The position numbers were made by a program, and so were the translations under genes. A model generated the notes under the pieces. That model saw nothing but the letters and a program-made list of their open reading frames with translations, was not told where the DNA came from and made no database searches. Positions 1 to 13,489 of a stretch of 64,000 bases of DNA are shown piece after piece (within the stretch, counting starts at the first letter, position 1; the number at the start of each line of letters is the position of its first letter). Where the stretch lies: the NCBI RefSeq assembly GCF_001194135.2, contig NC_068981.1:67755638-67819637 (forward strand), read 5' to 3'. The stretch comes from Octopus bimaculoides. Its lineage: Eukaryota.

Positions 1-211
1 GTTTATCATGTAAGTATATATGAGCAGGTCTAGATATGCAAGTATATGTATGCATGAGAAGACATACATAAAACAAAATATTATAATCTGCACGTATACA
101 TAAAAAATACCCTGTTGTTGATGTTAAAATTCCAACGAAGGAGAGTTGGTTCTAGGTTAGAAACCGGGTCTTTCTCTATTGGCAAAAAATCTTGAAATAA
201 AACTGAATAAT
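1..211 (+). mobile_element. 3' end (ORF stop + 3'UTR) of a Dong/R4-like RLE LINE, family A, cut by the window start
   Basis: Co-linear with 14820-15077: 'tttatcat.taa' (ORF end), 'aaaaataccctgtt', 'ttagaaaccg', 'cttgaaataaa(a)ctgaataat', followed by (ACAT)n-type repeats. Confidence 0.85.
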
Positions 212-256
212 GGCATACATACGTACATATGTAAATACATGCATACATAGAATATA

Positions 257-519
257 GGTAGTCGGTCTTGACCGAGAGAGACGATTGTGCAAGTGTTAGT
301 GTCCATCCTGCACTAAATAATTCGTCTATATTTGTGCTGTACATTACATCGCTTTCTCAGTGAAATCGGTATTACCCGTACACTTGTACCATTGACCACA
401 CCCCAGATGTCGAAGTCATCGTAGGGTAGCGTGAGTTGAAGTGATTTGTACAAGAACCCAACACTTTGTCGGGTCAGCTAATCGATTTCACAATCGTTAG
501 TGCAACTTTCCGACTACTA
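257..519. mobile_element. Possible small MITE-like insert
   Basis: GC-richer ~260-bp island bounded by an 8-bp inverted repeat GTAGTCGG ... CCGACTAC(TA). Only weak support. Confidence 0.25.
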
Positions 520-529
520 GGCCACGTTC

Positions 530-925
530 CCTCATGCATAACATTCATACATTCATACGTATATGCACACATACATACGAACGTACGTACACGCTTACAT
601 ACGTACGTACTACGTACATACATACACATACACATATATATACGAACGTACGTACACACATAAACACGTACATACATACACACATACACCCAAGCATGCA
701 TACATACGTATATACATACACACATACATAAATACGCACGTACATATATAAATACGTACTTATATACATACATACATACATACACATATTCTAACAAACA
801 TACATGCATACATACATACATACATACATACATACGTTCATACAACATACGCACGTACATATATAAATAGTACATACATACATACATGCGTGCATGCATG
901 CATACATACATACATACATATAAAC
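530..925 (+). repeat. Compound (TACA)n/(TACG)n microsatellite
   Basis: Direct reading; it explains the YVCM/HTYI ORFs at 466-911. Confidence 0.97.
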
Positions 926-981
926 AGAAGAATGATTACATTGCATATGCATTCAATAACGGATTAAATAGCATCATAAGG

Positions 982-1684
982 TTAGGCAAAAACTTCTGAA
1001 TTGGTAAACTGAGTGTATAGCTGTTTCATGAAAAGCAAGAGGGGCCGGAGAAACTTGCGAAGAATGAGTCTTTGAGGAGAAATATTACCTAACCCTAATT
1101 TCATGCATCTGTATCCAAATTGCAATAACAACACAATTGATAAGAAACGTAACCACTCCTGGAATTGAGATAAATACACTACATCATACATAGAAGGCTG
1201 GATACTATCCAAGGTGTTAGCAATTAAATAACTGATCAACGAGAGATCTTGTCGTTCATGTTGTGAAAGAAAATGTTGATTGTGCCATACAATTGTGAAT
1301 GATATCACANNNNNNNNNNNNNNNNNNNNNNNNNNNNNNNNNNNNNNNNNNNNNNNNNNNNNNNNNNNNNNNNNNNNNNNNNNNNNNNNNNNNNNNNNNN
1401 NNNNNNNNNNNNNNNNNNNNNNNNNNNNNNNNNNNNNNNNNNNNNNNNNNNNNNNNNNNNNNNNNNNNNNNNNNNNNNNNNNNNNNNNNNNNNNNNNNNN
1501 NNNNNNNNNNNNNNNNNNNNNNNNNNNNNNNNNNNNNNNNNNNNNNNNNNNNNNNNNNNNNNNNNNNNNNNNNNCATGTTGTGAAAGAAAATGTTGATTG
1601 TGCCATACAATTGTGAATGATATCACAGTAAGTGTCCAAAAATATCCGGAAGATTCTTTCTTCCCAAGAGATAACAGATTGTCG
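982..1684 (-). CDS. Candidate terminal coding exon, unknown protein (interrupted by a gap with duplicated flanks)
   Basis: Acceptor-like 'tatatgttttag|' at 1685-1686. After removing the 318-bp gap overlap, about 127 open codons remain: DNLLSLGKKESSGYFWTLTVISF...QFTNSEVFA*. No recognisable domain. Confidence 0.2.
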
Positions 1685-3239
1685 CTAAAACATATACACT
1701 AATGTACGCATGTATCGTTTACATCACGGTTGTAAGAAAGGCGCACCAGATCCCAAATGTATCAACATCATAAAAAGTAAGGAACACTGGTGGAACATTT
1801 TAATAAAATAGCTACAGTCCAGACAATATTCATATAGGATGGAAGCTTACTCTTGTAGAGGTCAGCTTTCTTCGTCAAATATTAGAGAAAAGACCATTTA
1901 TGTGCAATCTAGGCGCACTACACAATATCGCAAATATTTGCAGAAAAATTAGAAATTGTGGGGTTCCCCCAAAAGAACGAAGTAGACTGATTTGAATATT
2001 CCAAATACAATCAGTCGTACTCTGAAAAACGATGAGCCATAGCAATGATTCGGCAGTTGAGGTTCTTGGACTGAACGTAATGCACAAAATCACATATGCA
2101 TATGAACTACACAAACACGCACAAATGCAGATAGTAATGAAGCAGGTGCATGCGTGCACAGAGACACAGACACGCACATCTATACACTTTAGTACATGAA
2201 TGAGAGTTTATCCACACGCATATACGTACACACGCAGAAACATATGTGCACATAAACAGTTCAGAACATCACAAGCCCAAAGAGGTGTTTTGATCGACAA
2301 AAGGACCTTATCACTTTGTGGCTGGGTTGATCTTTGCAGGGGTAAAAACTAAAATAATCCCAAGTCTCTTTCTCCATCTCTCCCCTCTCACTGTATACAT
2401 ACATACATACATACATACATACATACATGCATACATACATACATACANNNNNNNNNNNNNNNNNNNNNNNNNNNNNNNNNNNNNNNNNNNNNNNNNNNNN
2501 NNNNNNNNNNNNNNNNNNNNNNNNNNNNNNNNNNNNNNNNNNNNNNNNNNNNNNNNNNNNNNNNNNNNNNNNNNNNNNNNNNNNNNNNNNNNNNNNNNNN
2601 NNNNNNNNNNNNNNNNNNNNNNNNNNNNNNNNNNNNNNNNNNNNNNNNNNNNNNNNNNNNNNNNNNNNNNNNNNNNNNNNNNNNNNNNNNNNNNNNNNNN
2701 NNNNNNNNNNNNNNNNNNNNNNNNNNNNNNNNNNNNNNNNNNNNNNNNNNNNNNNNNNNNNNNNNNNNNNNNNTATATATATATATATACATATATGAGC
2801 ATGTATAATATATATACATAAACATACACGCGTGCGTAAAACACAAATCAAGTAAATACAAGCTAGGTATTTCGAAGATAATACAGTAGAATATTATACT
2901 TTCTACACGAACTGCACTTCACTGCGTATAGTGCGAAAATTATTATACACAGAATAATACAAATTACTATTAAGACCGAGTAATAGATGTAAACCAAACC
3001 GTCAAACTCGGCTAGTCATAGCACAGCATAAATAATACAGGCCATGGGACATCAAAAACAGTTAAGAAATGAAAGGAATATAAATGGAGGTCACATTCAC
3101 ATTACAGCTTTGAGAGGAAAACTATGTAAATAGAAGATAAGGGGTTTCGTTCTTGATTTTAATGGCGAAATAATCAAAGTTATTAGGCGAGTTCAGGCTA
3201 CAGCATTATTACGAACCCCAAGTAAATACTTGAGTATCC

Positions 3240-4080
3240 TATTTCCAAACGGCAATATGTTTCACCCAATCACAGTACACTGCGAAGCTTGCAAGCAATG
3301 CCGTTCGCTGCAAATTGTTGGGTGACGTCTAGTCTAGACTAGAGTTTGCTTGAGAGGTTTTAAAGGAAATGAAGGAGCGATTAGACAAAGAGGTCAAAAC
3401 ATTTGGAAATGGCGGTTTAGATGTTTCTGTTGGTGGTGATGAGGAAATTGCTGACTTGAAAGTCGCGTAGCTTGTTTTTACTTTTGAAGAATGAGCTTGG
3501 AATCTCTGGAAAGTTGGGATCTCTAGTATGGCAACATTGCTAAAAACCGCGGTTTCGTATAAGGTTGAGGTGCAGCAGCCGAACACACTTTTGGAAGGTG
3601 AAGGGAAAGTAAGTTCAAACTTGGATGAACGGGTAAGATGCATGGGTGTAGCAGTACGATTGATGAGTCGGACGTCATGAAGCCAGCGTCAATGATAAGT
3701 TGAAAGAGACTATACAGGTTCTGCGAGTGACATATTTGGCAAAAAAATTGAGATGAGCAGGAAAGTCATGGTTATGTAGTAAACCGGTCTGGGAAGCTGA
3801 GACTGTTATTAGCTGAGAAGCCTAGAAAATTAATGGAAGGAGTGGAGATTAATTCGACTACGGTGAAGAAAGCATTGGTGTAGGATATAAAACATGTGAG
3901 CTGAAATTAATGTGCAAAGTAGCGCCCTAGCAGTCACCCATGAACCAAATATATAATTCTAGAGTCGGTTTATTAAAATGTGTGAATATTTGAGATAAAA
4001 CTCTGGCGTACTCTAAAAGTGTTGAACTCAGAGTGTAGAAACTCTGACCAAATATACCAGAGGACTTGCCCTTAAAGATG
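3240..4080 (-). mobile_element. Decayed CR1/Jockey-group LINE fragment (APE end + linker)
   Basis: Minus-strand 'WFMGD' (resembles APE xGDFN) and ORF 3329-3643 ending 'KPPFPNVLTSLSN...ANSSLD', which resembles the EN-RT linker of CR1-group LINEs. Confidence 0.4.
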
Positions 4081-7000
4081 CTATTAGTTCACCGCTGTGT
4101 TCTCCAATACTTTAGTTTTAATATGAGAAAACACATTTCAACGCCAGAAAAAAGAAAAAAAAGTCATGTTAGACTCTGAGAAATGAACTTCGAACGGAAA
4201 CAGCCGAAGGGAATTTTGAAAGGTATAATGAGTTACAGCGTCTCATTAAAGACCTCACTATCAGTGTTGCACATGGTTTTAATGCATATCACATGTGAAT
4301 CTGCTATCTAGTTACAAATCTGCCACTAATGAATCATTTCTTTATCGTCTACTTTGTATCTTATTCAGTTACATGTTTATCCGTCTCTTACTTGCCGACA
4401 GAACATGGGCTTAATCGTCATGTTTTCATTATACATATATTGTTTAATGCTGTATATAGAATAGATACATTCATGCAATTCACTCATACATTGCACTACT
4501 TTATTATATGTTTTGGATTGTAATTTACAAGTGTTATGCTATATATTTATGCATACATGCATTTTTCAATTTTATAGTTTTCATAGTTTATCACCTCTCT
4601 TGTTTTTTAATCTATCTTTCCCTCATTCTCCACTCATGTTGTGCGTACATTTGTTATCATCTATTGTCCAACGGTATGCTCATACCTCCTTCTCATACCC
4701 CGTTAATTTACTCGATCCTACTCTCTCCACTTCCTTCTTTATTTTTACAAACTTTGATAAAAAATGTACATTTCCTTTCACTCACTCTTATTTCATTATC
4801 CCCATGAGCCATTTTACTGTTGTTTTCCATTTCCTTCTGATATCTACTACACTACTATTCTTTTTCATTTCTTTTGTTTCTTATCTTTTTTTCTGCAACC
4901 ATGCTGTTAGCCTCAGTTTTCGTTTTTCACCGAAGTAAAGCAAGTGTTCGAAACGTTGATCTTTTACTTCTCGCGATAAATCAATTCACTGATATTTTCT
5001 ATGAACTTTCTCCAACCAATATAATGCACTTGATTGTATATTGTTACAAACTGTAAGATTTTTGAAATCTATATACCTATAATTAAAGCCATATACCCGT
5101 ATGAAACAGCCATAATTTTGCCGAATATCGTTCTCATTATCACAGCAATGAATATTGAATAGATGGCATTTCATATTCCTTTATACATTCATATATAAAT
5201 ATATTTAGAAATATTTTGGTTTATTCTTTACACGTTAATAATTATTGGTTTCTTACTCGGGCACAAAGCCAATTTCTGCAGAGTAGTTTTGTTTGAAATC
5301 TGATTATAGCAGATTTATGCATTAGAACGTCTTTGAACAGGAACCAGTCAAATACAAATAAGAATAAATTGATACAGATCACTATATCTCAGTTTATATT
5401 CATTATATTCGAAATTATATTGCTAATAAATATTAGAAAAATTATATCTTACAATGACCAAGTATACTTGTTGAGAAGGAAGAATCTCATCAACCGTATC
5501 TTCCTCATTGTGTTACTGGTATGAATTTGATCAACTTTTGCAGTGTGAAATGTATAGTCGACACTGATGAGATTTTTACCCAAAATTAGTGGATATAAAA
5601 ACTCATGACTGATAGCTTAAGAGTCAAAACTCTATTGTATCGACCATGCACAGATACAATCCACAATGGAAACAGAATTAAATTCATAAGGAATATACTT
5701 TCTTTACTTTTTCAATTACTTGATCGTAGATTCGAGAGTGGTTATCGAATATCTTGAATCCTACAATTTCTATGAAAAGCTCTTCATCATTAACACAAAA
5801 TATTAAAGGTATTTATGTTAATAGATTTGAGGAGGAAATGGTTTAACTGAACATATAGCTATGTAGTTGCATGCCAAAAGAAAAAAAAAACAAAAACAAA
5901 AACAAAATGCTTGTGATATAACCTATTCAATTGGGAAAAACTTCATCACTTAAATTATAATTGAACCAAATAACATCAGAGTACAGCCCAACGTATAATT
6001 ATGAACTAGATAGAGATTATATTCATTCTTGCAAATATAAACCTACGAAATTTCTTGAACTGAAGCGTGAATTCAAAAGTAATGAACGGCAAATCGTATA
6101 GAACGAAATTTTGAAGGATTTATAAATGATGCCACGTGAGCCATTTTTGCACGCAATCAAAATATTTGATCAGCAAATTATTAAATCTTATTTCCAGCTT
6201 TTCTTCATCGAAGTAAAGTAATAGATGGATAAGGTTATACGGAAGGATTAATCCACTTTTCTGGCTGGCCTTGACCAAGAAAAAATAAGGCATTATCTGG
6301 GTTTCGTTTTCTTAATCTACTTATTCGATTTGAAAATATAATTGTGCATGCTGTATTACCAGTATATACAAGGTTAAGCGTGTTTAGATGTTGAAGTTAA
6401 AAAAAAAAGACTACTGAGAAACCATTAGAGGGGTTAACAGTTCACGCATAATATCATGTTTAATTCTTCCTTACCTGCCATGAAATCTTATATATAATAA
6501 AATGAATTAATGTCGATAACACATTTGTTTTTGGTTTAGTTAACACAATTGTGTTTTAAATAGAATACTTAATATAAAGTTTTGGTGCTATAAAACGAAA
6601 TATTATAACTTCAATCAGAAGATATATTGATATACAACAGATAATCTTGGAAGTAACTATATGATTAGAAACATATATTTACAGTTTACAAGTTTAATAA
6701 AAGGAAAAACTATATTATACTACCAGGAAAATATTTCGAGCTCCACCAGGTTTATGATATAGCACAAAAATAGATATCATCAAAAATAAAACCTTGAGTG
6801 AAATATAAAATAGATAAACTACCGACGGGTGTTTATGTACCAAATCAGGCATGATAAAATTAAATCAAAACAAGCAACTTTAATGTAATAATCGACATTA
6901 ATTTCAACTAATTCAATTTTCCTAGGAGTGGGTGTATAGCCGATTGTGCAATCTAGAGTACAATAAAAGCCAAAATCAAATCGGTGTTTTTTAAATTACA

Positions 7001-7724
7001 TACTGTAGAAGAACAAAATTGATTTATGTGTAAACCTCACGTTGTTCTAATAAAATTTATCTATTATAATATAAATGAAATGATTTCTTACACTAATTTG
7101 CATTTTCAAACTTTAAGAAGAGCAATTCCAACAGATTTCAGGCTAAGGGAGAAAATTCCATAGGGCAAACTATATTACTGTAAGTGCGCATCAGATACTA
7201 TATATAAAATGAACTGGAAAATAAATTGAAACGTTGTTCAATGCCACCTCAAGGCCACCATAAAGTTTCACTCATTATACAGGAAATAGTAGTGATTTAA
7301 GTAGGAGGCATGATGGAAGGGAGGTTAATACTGTTATCCCATAAGGATAATATTAATAATTATGGTATTATTTTTGTTATCGATACTTTTAACAATAACA
7401 ATGTCTTTATCTTTAGATGCTACAAGTACCAAACATTCTGATACACAGTAATTTAATATTTCATTACTGGTAAGCTATCTTACCTTTTCTGATATTAGAA
7501 TTCGCTCACCTTCTGTAGTGCAAAACAAATTGGCTTACATGTATCCATAGATTACGAACTTGACAGGAGTAAGCTAAAGTAAATCGCATTAAGCAGCAGA
7601 TGGACTATTTGATAGCTATCTCTAAAATACTAACGTAGTTTATTGGATGTTGTGTGTAGTCTATAATGGGAAATAGTCAATTATAACATTTCAGTACAAG
7701 TAATATTATGCCATGTCCTAAAGC

Positions 7725-7865
7725 TGTAAGCTGGTAGAATAGGTAACACGTATATACGTTCTGTGATCAAACCCGCCAAATTTGACTTTGCCTTTCATCC
7801 TTTCGAGATCGATGAAATAAGTAGCAGTTGATCACTAAGGTCGATGTAATCGACATACCCTTTCC
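7725..7865 (+). mobile_element. SINE with Meta-like core
   Basis: 'gactttgcctttcatcctttcgagatcgatgaaataagtagcag...gtcgatgtaatcgac', shared with copies at 44527, 58930 and 61360. Confidence 0.75.
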
Positions 7866-8224
7866 TAAAAAAAAATCAAGCCTTGCGCCTATAATAGAAA
7901 GAATATTATACAAATATATTTGCATACCCGTTCCATAATACCCCACCCCTCCTAGAAATGCGGAAAAATGGAAGTGTGTATGACTAAATTGACGGGAATA
8001 AGCCTATCATCCAGTTCTACATGAATACTTATGAAAATGTTGGTGGTAAATCGATTGGATGACGTAGTCTTTGTTCACCAACAACACACTGATTGTAGGC
8101 TTTAGTTTCATTGAAATATCTAGTGGGATATTTTGAAGTGACAGGGCGTCCAAGTATTCATTTCATCCTATGTTTGTTACTCTTAAGCTGGTAAATAAGT
8201 ATTTAATTTGGCATAAACAAAAAT

Positions 8225-8234
8225 ATAGATAGAT

Positions 8235-8281
<47 letters not shown>

Positions 8282-8441
8282 NNNNNNNNNNNNNNNNNNN
8301 NNNNNNNNNNNNNNNNNNNNNNNNNNNNNNNNNNNNNNNNNNNNNNNNNNNNNNNNNNNNNNNNNNNNNNNNNNNNNNNNNNNNNNNNNNNNNNNNNNNN
8401 NNNNNNNNNNTATATATAGATAGATAGATAGATAGATAGAC

Positions 8442-8482
<41 letters not shown>

Positions 8483-8495
8483 TATAGATAGATGG
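8225..8495 (+). repeat. (TA)n / (ATAG)n microsatellites flanking a gap
   Basis: Direct reading. Confidence 0.95.
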
Positions 8496-9347
8496 ATAGA
8501 AAGAGTGAGAGTTCATTCGTCGTCTCTTTATGAATAACTTAAAACATAAATTGGTTTTCGATTTAAAAATCTATTCAATATTAGAAAGCAAATTATCAAG
8601 GTTATTTAAATGCTTTCCAGAGAAAAGAAATGCAAGACGGTCACAAATAGAGCAGATAATTGGAATCTATATGGAGGACACATTGTATGGGATTTAGGAA
8701 ACTTCGCTTTCTTAATTACTTGGGCATTCATAAAAGTAAAACTCTATGAAAGCTATGTAGGTAGCTAAAGGAAAGGGCAAAAAGTACAAGGATAAATATA
8801 TTTCGTCAGCTATATTCTTGCATGTCATTATGATTTAAGCATTTGCAAAGAATTGGTATCGCTGGTCTGTAAAGGACTATGAAACAAAATAAAACGAAGC
8901 CTTAGACACACAGGTCGGAGTCATAAAACTGGTATGAAAACCACAAACAAATTCCGATTATTAACAAAGAAAGTATCCTTCAGTTTCAGTCGGAGACAAA
9001 CAGTGAGGTTGCTAGAATAAAATGAAATCAGAAAAGACTTCCGTATACATACAAGATGCGTATAGAGAAATATTGGAGGTGTGTGAAACAAAAGAGCAAT
9101 AAAAAGAGAAAATCAGCTGGAACTAGTTGAATAAAAGGAAGACATAGAATGAGAGAAAGAGAGAAGCAGATAGAAAGAGAGGAAGAGAAAGGGAAAGTGA
9201 GTGTGCGTGACCAAAATAGAATAAAATATACTGTCACTGAGAGAAGAAAATTCCGTTACGATGAAAGTTACGACTTCTCACTGCAAATGAAACACACCCA
9301 CACGCCTGTATATGCACACGTGTGTCTATGTGTGTCTATATCTATAT

Positions 9348-9425
9348 AAACTTATTCGTACATGCTGAAATGTGTGTGTGTATATATATATAAACATACA
9401 CGTTTCAGCATGTTCGAATAAGTTT
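9348..9425. other. 78-nt near-perfect hairpin
   Basis: Arms AAACTTATTCG-T-ACATGCTGAAA-TGTGT and ACACG-TTTCAGCATGT-T-CGAATAAGTTT; about a 31-bp stem with one mismatch and two G-U pairs. Confidence 0.9.
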
Positions 9426-9631
9426 CACAACCGATGAAATTGCTTAGATACATATTAAGTAACAAGCTTCAAAAATAGTACTGGGTTAGATACAAACAGC
9501 TAAATCCTTGAAGGCGATTTCACAGCATGCACACTAGAACTAGTAAAAGGCTAAGATGTTATATATATCTATATATGTCACATATATAAGCATATATATG
9601 TATATGTAGATGGATATATGATGCATATATT

Positions 9632-9682
9632 ATCTCTCTGTGTCTCTCTCTGTCTCTCTCTCTCTATATATATATTATTATA

Positions 9683-9747
<65 letters not shown>

Positions 9748-9755
9748 TATATATA
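9632..9755 (+). repeat. Compound (CT)n-(TA)n-(ATT)n microsatellite
   Basis: Direct reading. Confidence 0.95.
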
Positions 9756-10499
9756 NNNNNNNNNNNNNNNNNNNNNNNNNNNNNNNNNNNNNNNNNNNNN
9801 NNNNNNNNNNNNNNNNNNNNNNNNNNNNNNNNNNNNNNNNNNNNNNNNNNNNNNNNNNNNNNNNNNNNNNNNNNNNNNNNNNNNNNNNNNNNNNNNNNNN
9901 NNNNNNNNNNNNNNNNNNNNNNNNNNNNNNNNNNNNNNNNNNNNNNNNNNNNNNNNNNNNNNNNNNNNNNNNNNNNNNNNNNNNNNNNNNNNNNNNNNNN
10001 NNNNNNNNNNNNNNNNNNNNNNNNNNNNNNNNNNNNNNNNNNNNNNNNNNNNNNNNNNNNNNNNNNNNNNNNNNNNNNNNNNNNNNNNNNNNNNNNNNNN
10101 NNNNNNNNNNNNNNNNNNNNNNNNNNNNNNNNNNNNNNNNNNNNNNNNNNNNNNNNNNNNNNNNNNNNNNNNNNNNNNNNNNNNNNNNNNNNNNNNNNNN
10201 NNNNNNNNNNNNNNNNNNNNNNNNNNNNNNNNNNNNNNNNNNNNNNNNNNNNNNNNNNNNNNNNNNNNNNNNNNNNNNNNNNNNNNNNNNNNNNNNNNNN
10301 NNNNNNNNNNNNNNNNNNNNNNNNNNNNNNNNNNNNNNNNNNNNNNNNNNNNNNNNNNNNNNNNNNNNNNNNNNNNNNNNNNNNNNNNNNNNNNNNNNNN
10401 NNNNNNNNNNNNNNNNNNNNNNNNNNNNNNNNNNNNNNNNNNNNNNNNNNNNNNNNNNNNNNNNNNNNNNNNNNNNNNNNNNNNNNNNNNNNNNNNNNA

Positions 10500-10860
10500 A
10501 TACGCATTGAATGCAGTTAGGGGTGATGTTCACTTTGAAAGCCAACTGATCGCAATTTCCATTGTTTATTAGAGGGGTTACATTACATAAATCAATTATA
10601 CAATATTAATACTAAGTCAATTTGTATGCGTATATGTCGATATATATATACATATATACATTCGCCATGATAGATCGCTAACCACTGTACACATTTTTCT
10701 CTCTCCTTGTTTCTTTCTGTGTTCTGTTCTGTGGAAGTGCGTAGACTCGAAACATTAAAGACTTTTTGAATTACCGAGCTTTATACTAATGCATCTGTTT
10801 GTTTTCTTCACCACCTGGCTTCGTCTGTTGTTTTTTTGTGAATTCTCCCTGTATATATAC
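10500..10860 (+). mobile_element. Interspersed repeat with degenerate hammerhead-like motif (Penelope-like, tentative)
   Basis: Pyrimidine tract followed by 'tgtggaagtgcgtagactcgaaacattaaaga' (10730-10761), resembling CUGAAGA-stemII-GAAAC-GU-H. Confidence 0.3.
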
Positions 10861-10878
10861 TACAGTATAATATTAATG

Positions 10879-11338
10879 TGGGCAGCTGAGCACAATATGA
10901 ACCGTATAGGCTAAATTTTTTCGTCAGTAATTATGACTGTATGTGTTACAACACATATTGCGAGAAATATGAGTTAAAGATGCGGAAAACAACATTTTTA
11001 TATACTGACTTGATAGATAACTGCCTCATGTGCAAAGTATTACCCTAATGGGAATTGTCAGCAGTTATATACTGTGTGTGTATGCATGTATGTATGTATA
11101 TATGTGTANNNNNNNNNNNNNNNNNNNNNNNNNNNNNNNNNNNNNNNNNNNNNNNNNNNNNNNNNNNNNNNNNNNNNNNNNNNNNNNNNNNNNNNNNNNN
11201 NNNNNNNNNNNNNNNNNNNNNNNNNNNNNNNNNNNNNNNNNNNNNNNNNNNNNNNNNNNNNNNNNNNNNNNNNNNNNNNNNNNNNNNNNNNNNNNNNNNN
11301 NNNNNNNNNNNNNNNNNNNNNNNNNTATATATGTGTGT

Positions 11339-11382
<44 letters not shown>

Positions 11383-11590
11383 CACATACATTTATGTCTG
11401 ATTTAGCGAATGTCAAGTCGTGGAGCATAAACTTATTGGCAGCTGGGCACAACAGAAACCATATAGGCAAAATATAGTCGTTTTTTATCGTGACTGTATT
11501 GATGGAAGCACACATATTGCTACGAATAAGAGTTTAAAAACTTATAGCTGCTTAAAGTACATTATACATACACACAGGGTAGATAACTGT
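10879..11590 (+). repeat. Two diverged ~150-bp direct repeats (10879-11030 and 11438-11590)
   Basis: Shared 'ggcagctg.gcacaa...aacc.tatagg...tgactgtat...acacatattgc...gagtt.aa...tagataactg'. Confidence 0.7.
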
Positions 11591-13489
11591 TGTAGATAAT
11601 GTTCTAGCTTTGCTTCGCTCTTTGGGCCGTTATGTACGCTGTCAGTATGCATAAATGTGCTTTTACGCAGCTATAAGCGATTTAACTTTTATTTTTAACA
11701 ATATATATGCTTGTAGCACGCGCAATCACAATTAGTGACGACTAAATATTATATGTGTGTGTGTGTGTATGTGTGTATGCGTGTGTGCCTGCGCGCACGC
11801 GTGTGTACGTATAGTATCTTGTTGCATATTTCCTGCCGGTAAAATCGAATTCTACATAACATTTTTTCCATTATATTTTCATATTCTTGTGAACCCATTC
11901 TATTTTTGTTTGCAATAAAATGTCGTGCATTAGTAATTCAAAAATTCATGTGACTTAATACTATAAATTTTATACTGAAACATTATTAATACATCAGCCA
12001 ATATTTTATGTATTTGATATTCTATTAAGTCTTTACAAACTCAGTGTGTTCCACAATATTGCCTCTAATACCAAGGTTGTTGCAAAATTGAAATTGTACA
12101 AGCTATAAATCATCAGATAGTATTACTGAAGCTCTCAATCGAATGTATACCGTATATTTCATAGGTATATAATTTAATTTTCTTCTATTTCTTGCTGCTT
12201 TTGCCATTTTAAAAATTAATTTCTCTACATTTTTGTTTCTCGTCACCACGTAAAATGTATCGCAATAGCAGATCTGGAATGCCTTTTTAATTACAAACAC
12301 GCGTTATGTTAACATAACTGAATATTTCCGTTACATTTTTTTTTCCAACTATAGAAACAGCGAAATGTCATTTTCTGAAAAATCTAATGTTACAGTATGA
12401 TAAAAAGTAAAATCCAATTTTAATGTATTTTATACACTTATTCTACTTTTATTTTCCTACATGAACATTTTAGTCTGAAATATAGGTTCAATTTATTTAG
12501 ACATCAGTTTGCATTAACTTATTTTAAATCGAATTTCTGTTCCAAGTTTCTTATTCGCTAGCTATGTTACTGTAAACATGCTAAATGTAGCCCCGAAAGT
12601 ATGTTGACCTATATCTTATTTGTACAAAGTTTCGAATGAAATGTCTTATATTCGATCTCAAACATTTTCACAATTTTGTATCTAATTCTTTAAAAGGGAT
12701 CGTTCTCTAATGTGGTATGTAGCAGAAGCGTTGACTTACCCGACCTAAATATACTCAACTCTTTTTCTTATACGCCAACTGTTAAACTTGAAATATTGCC
12801 ATCATAGATTTGCCACATGTCGATCCAGATCTAGTAGACATGAACAAATGTTTCGAGCAGTAATTACCTGCCCTTTCTTTTAGGTAATTTGTGCCACATT
12901 CACATTGCTAACCAGCCTTCGTTTATCAAGATACGAGCGATTTGCATTTAAAGTGACAACATTTATGTCTTTCCGAGGCGCTACCTTGATGGTTCCAGAG
13001 GCTACATCATCAGTAATGTGTATGAAAATTAACGAAATTACGTAGGTCCTTTAAAATTCAAATCAAACTGAAAGGAAATGAGTATTAATGTGGTGTGAAA
13101 ATAACTTTAGAACTGCGGTGCCTGCGATATGCATGAACTTCCATACCGGATATATGTTGTTACCTGTGCTTCATGACCGAGCAACACATCTTAAGGAGTA
13201 TACATATAATGTATAGATATGCTTTAAATATATAAACATCGCTCAGGGTATTGAACAATTTGCACTTGCCTCACCCAAATAACCATACACTTCTCCATCT
13301 GAAATAATTTGCTTCTTTTTAGCAATTATCCGTACTGTTGTTGCCATGCTCAACGTCATGTTGATGATTATGCATATATGGCAGCACTTATTTCTTTGCT
13401 TCCCTTGCTACCTTATGTACATGCGATTTGTTCATGAATGTGTTCCACATTTATTCTGAGGAAGTGTGTAAGCGTAGATTTTTCTAGAC

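Noticed and set aside
466-911. ORFs rich in YVCM/HTYI (and similar ORFs at 11030-11515, 19523-19714, 22411-22955, 38232-38791)
   Set aside because: Translations of (TACA)n/(TG)n microsatellites, which lack stop codons.
7418-7470. AG...GTAAGC exon-like segment; shared 'TTACTG|GTA' donors at 5519, 7471 and 20360
   Set aside because: The phase implied by the shared donors has a stop in this segment, and the three segments share no other similarity.
9578-10572. Long ORFs of 230-316 aa (also at 21236, 31098, 38983, 51070)
   Set aside because: Composed almost entirely of N-gap codons (X).
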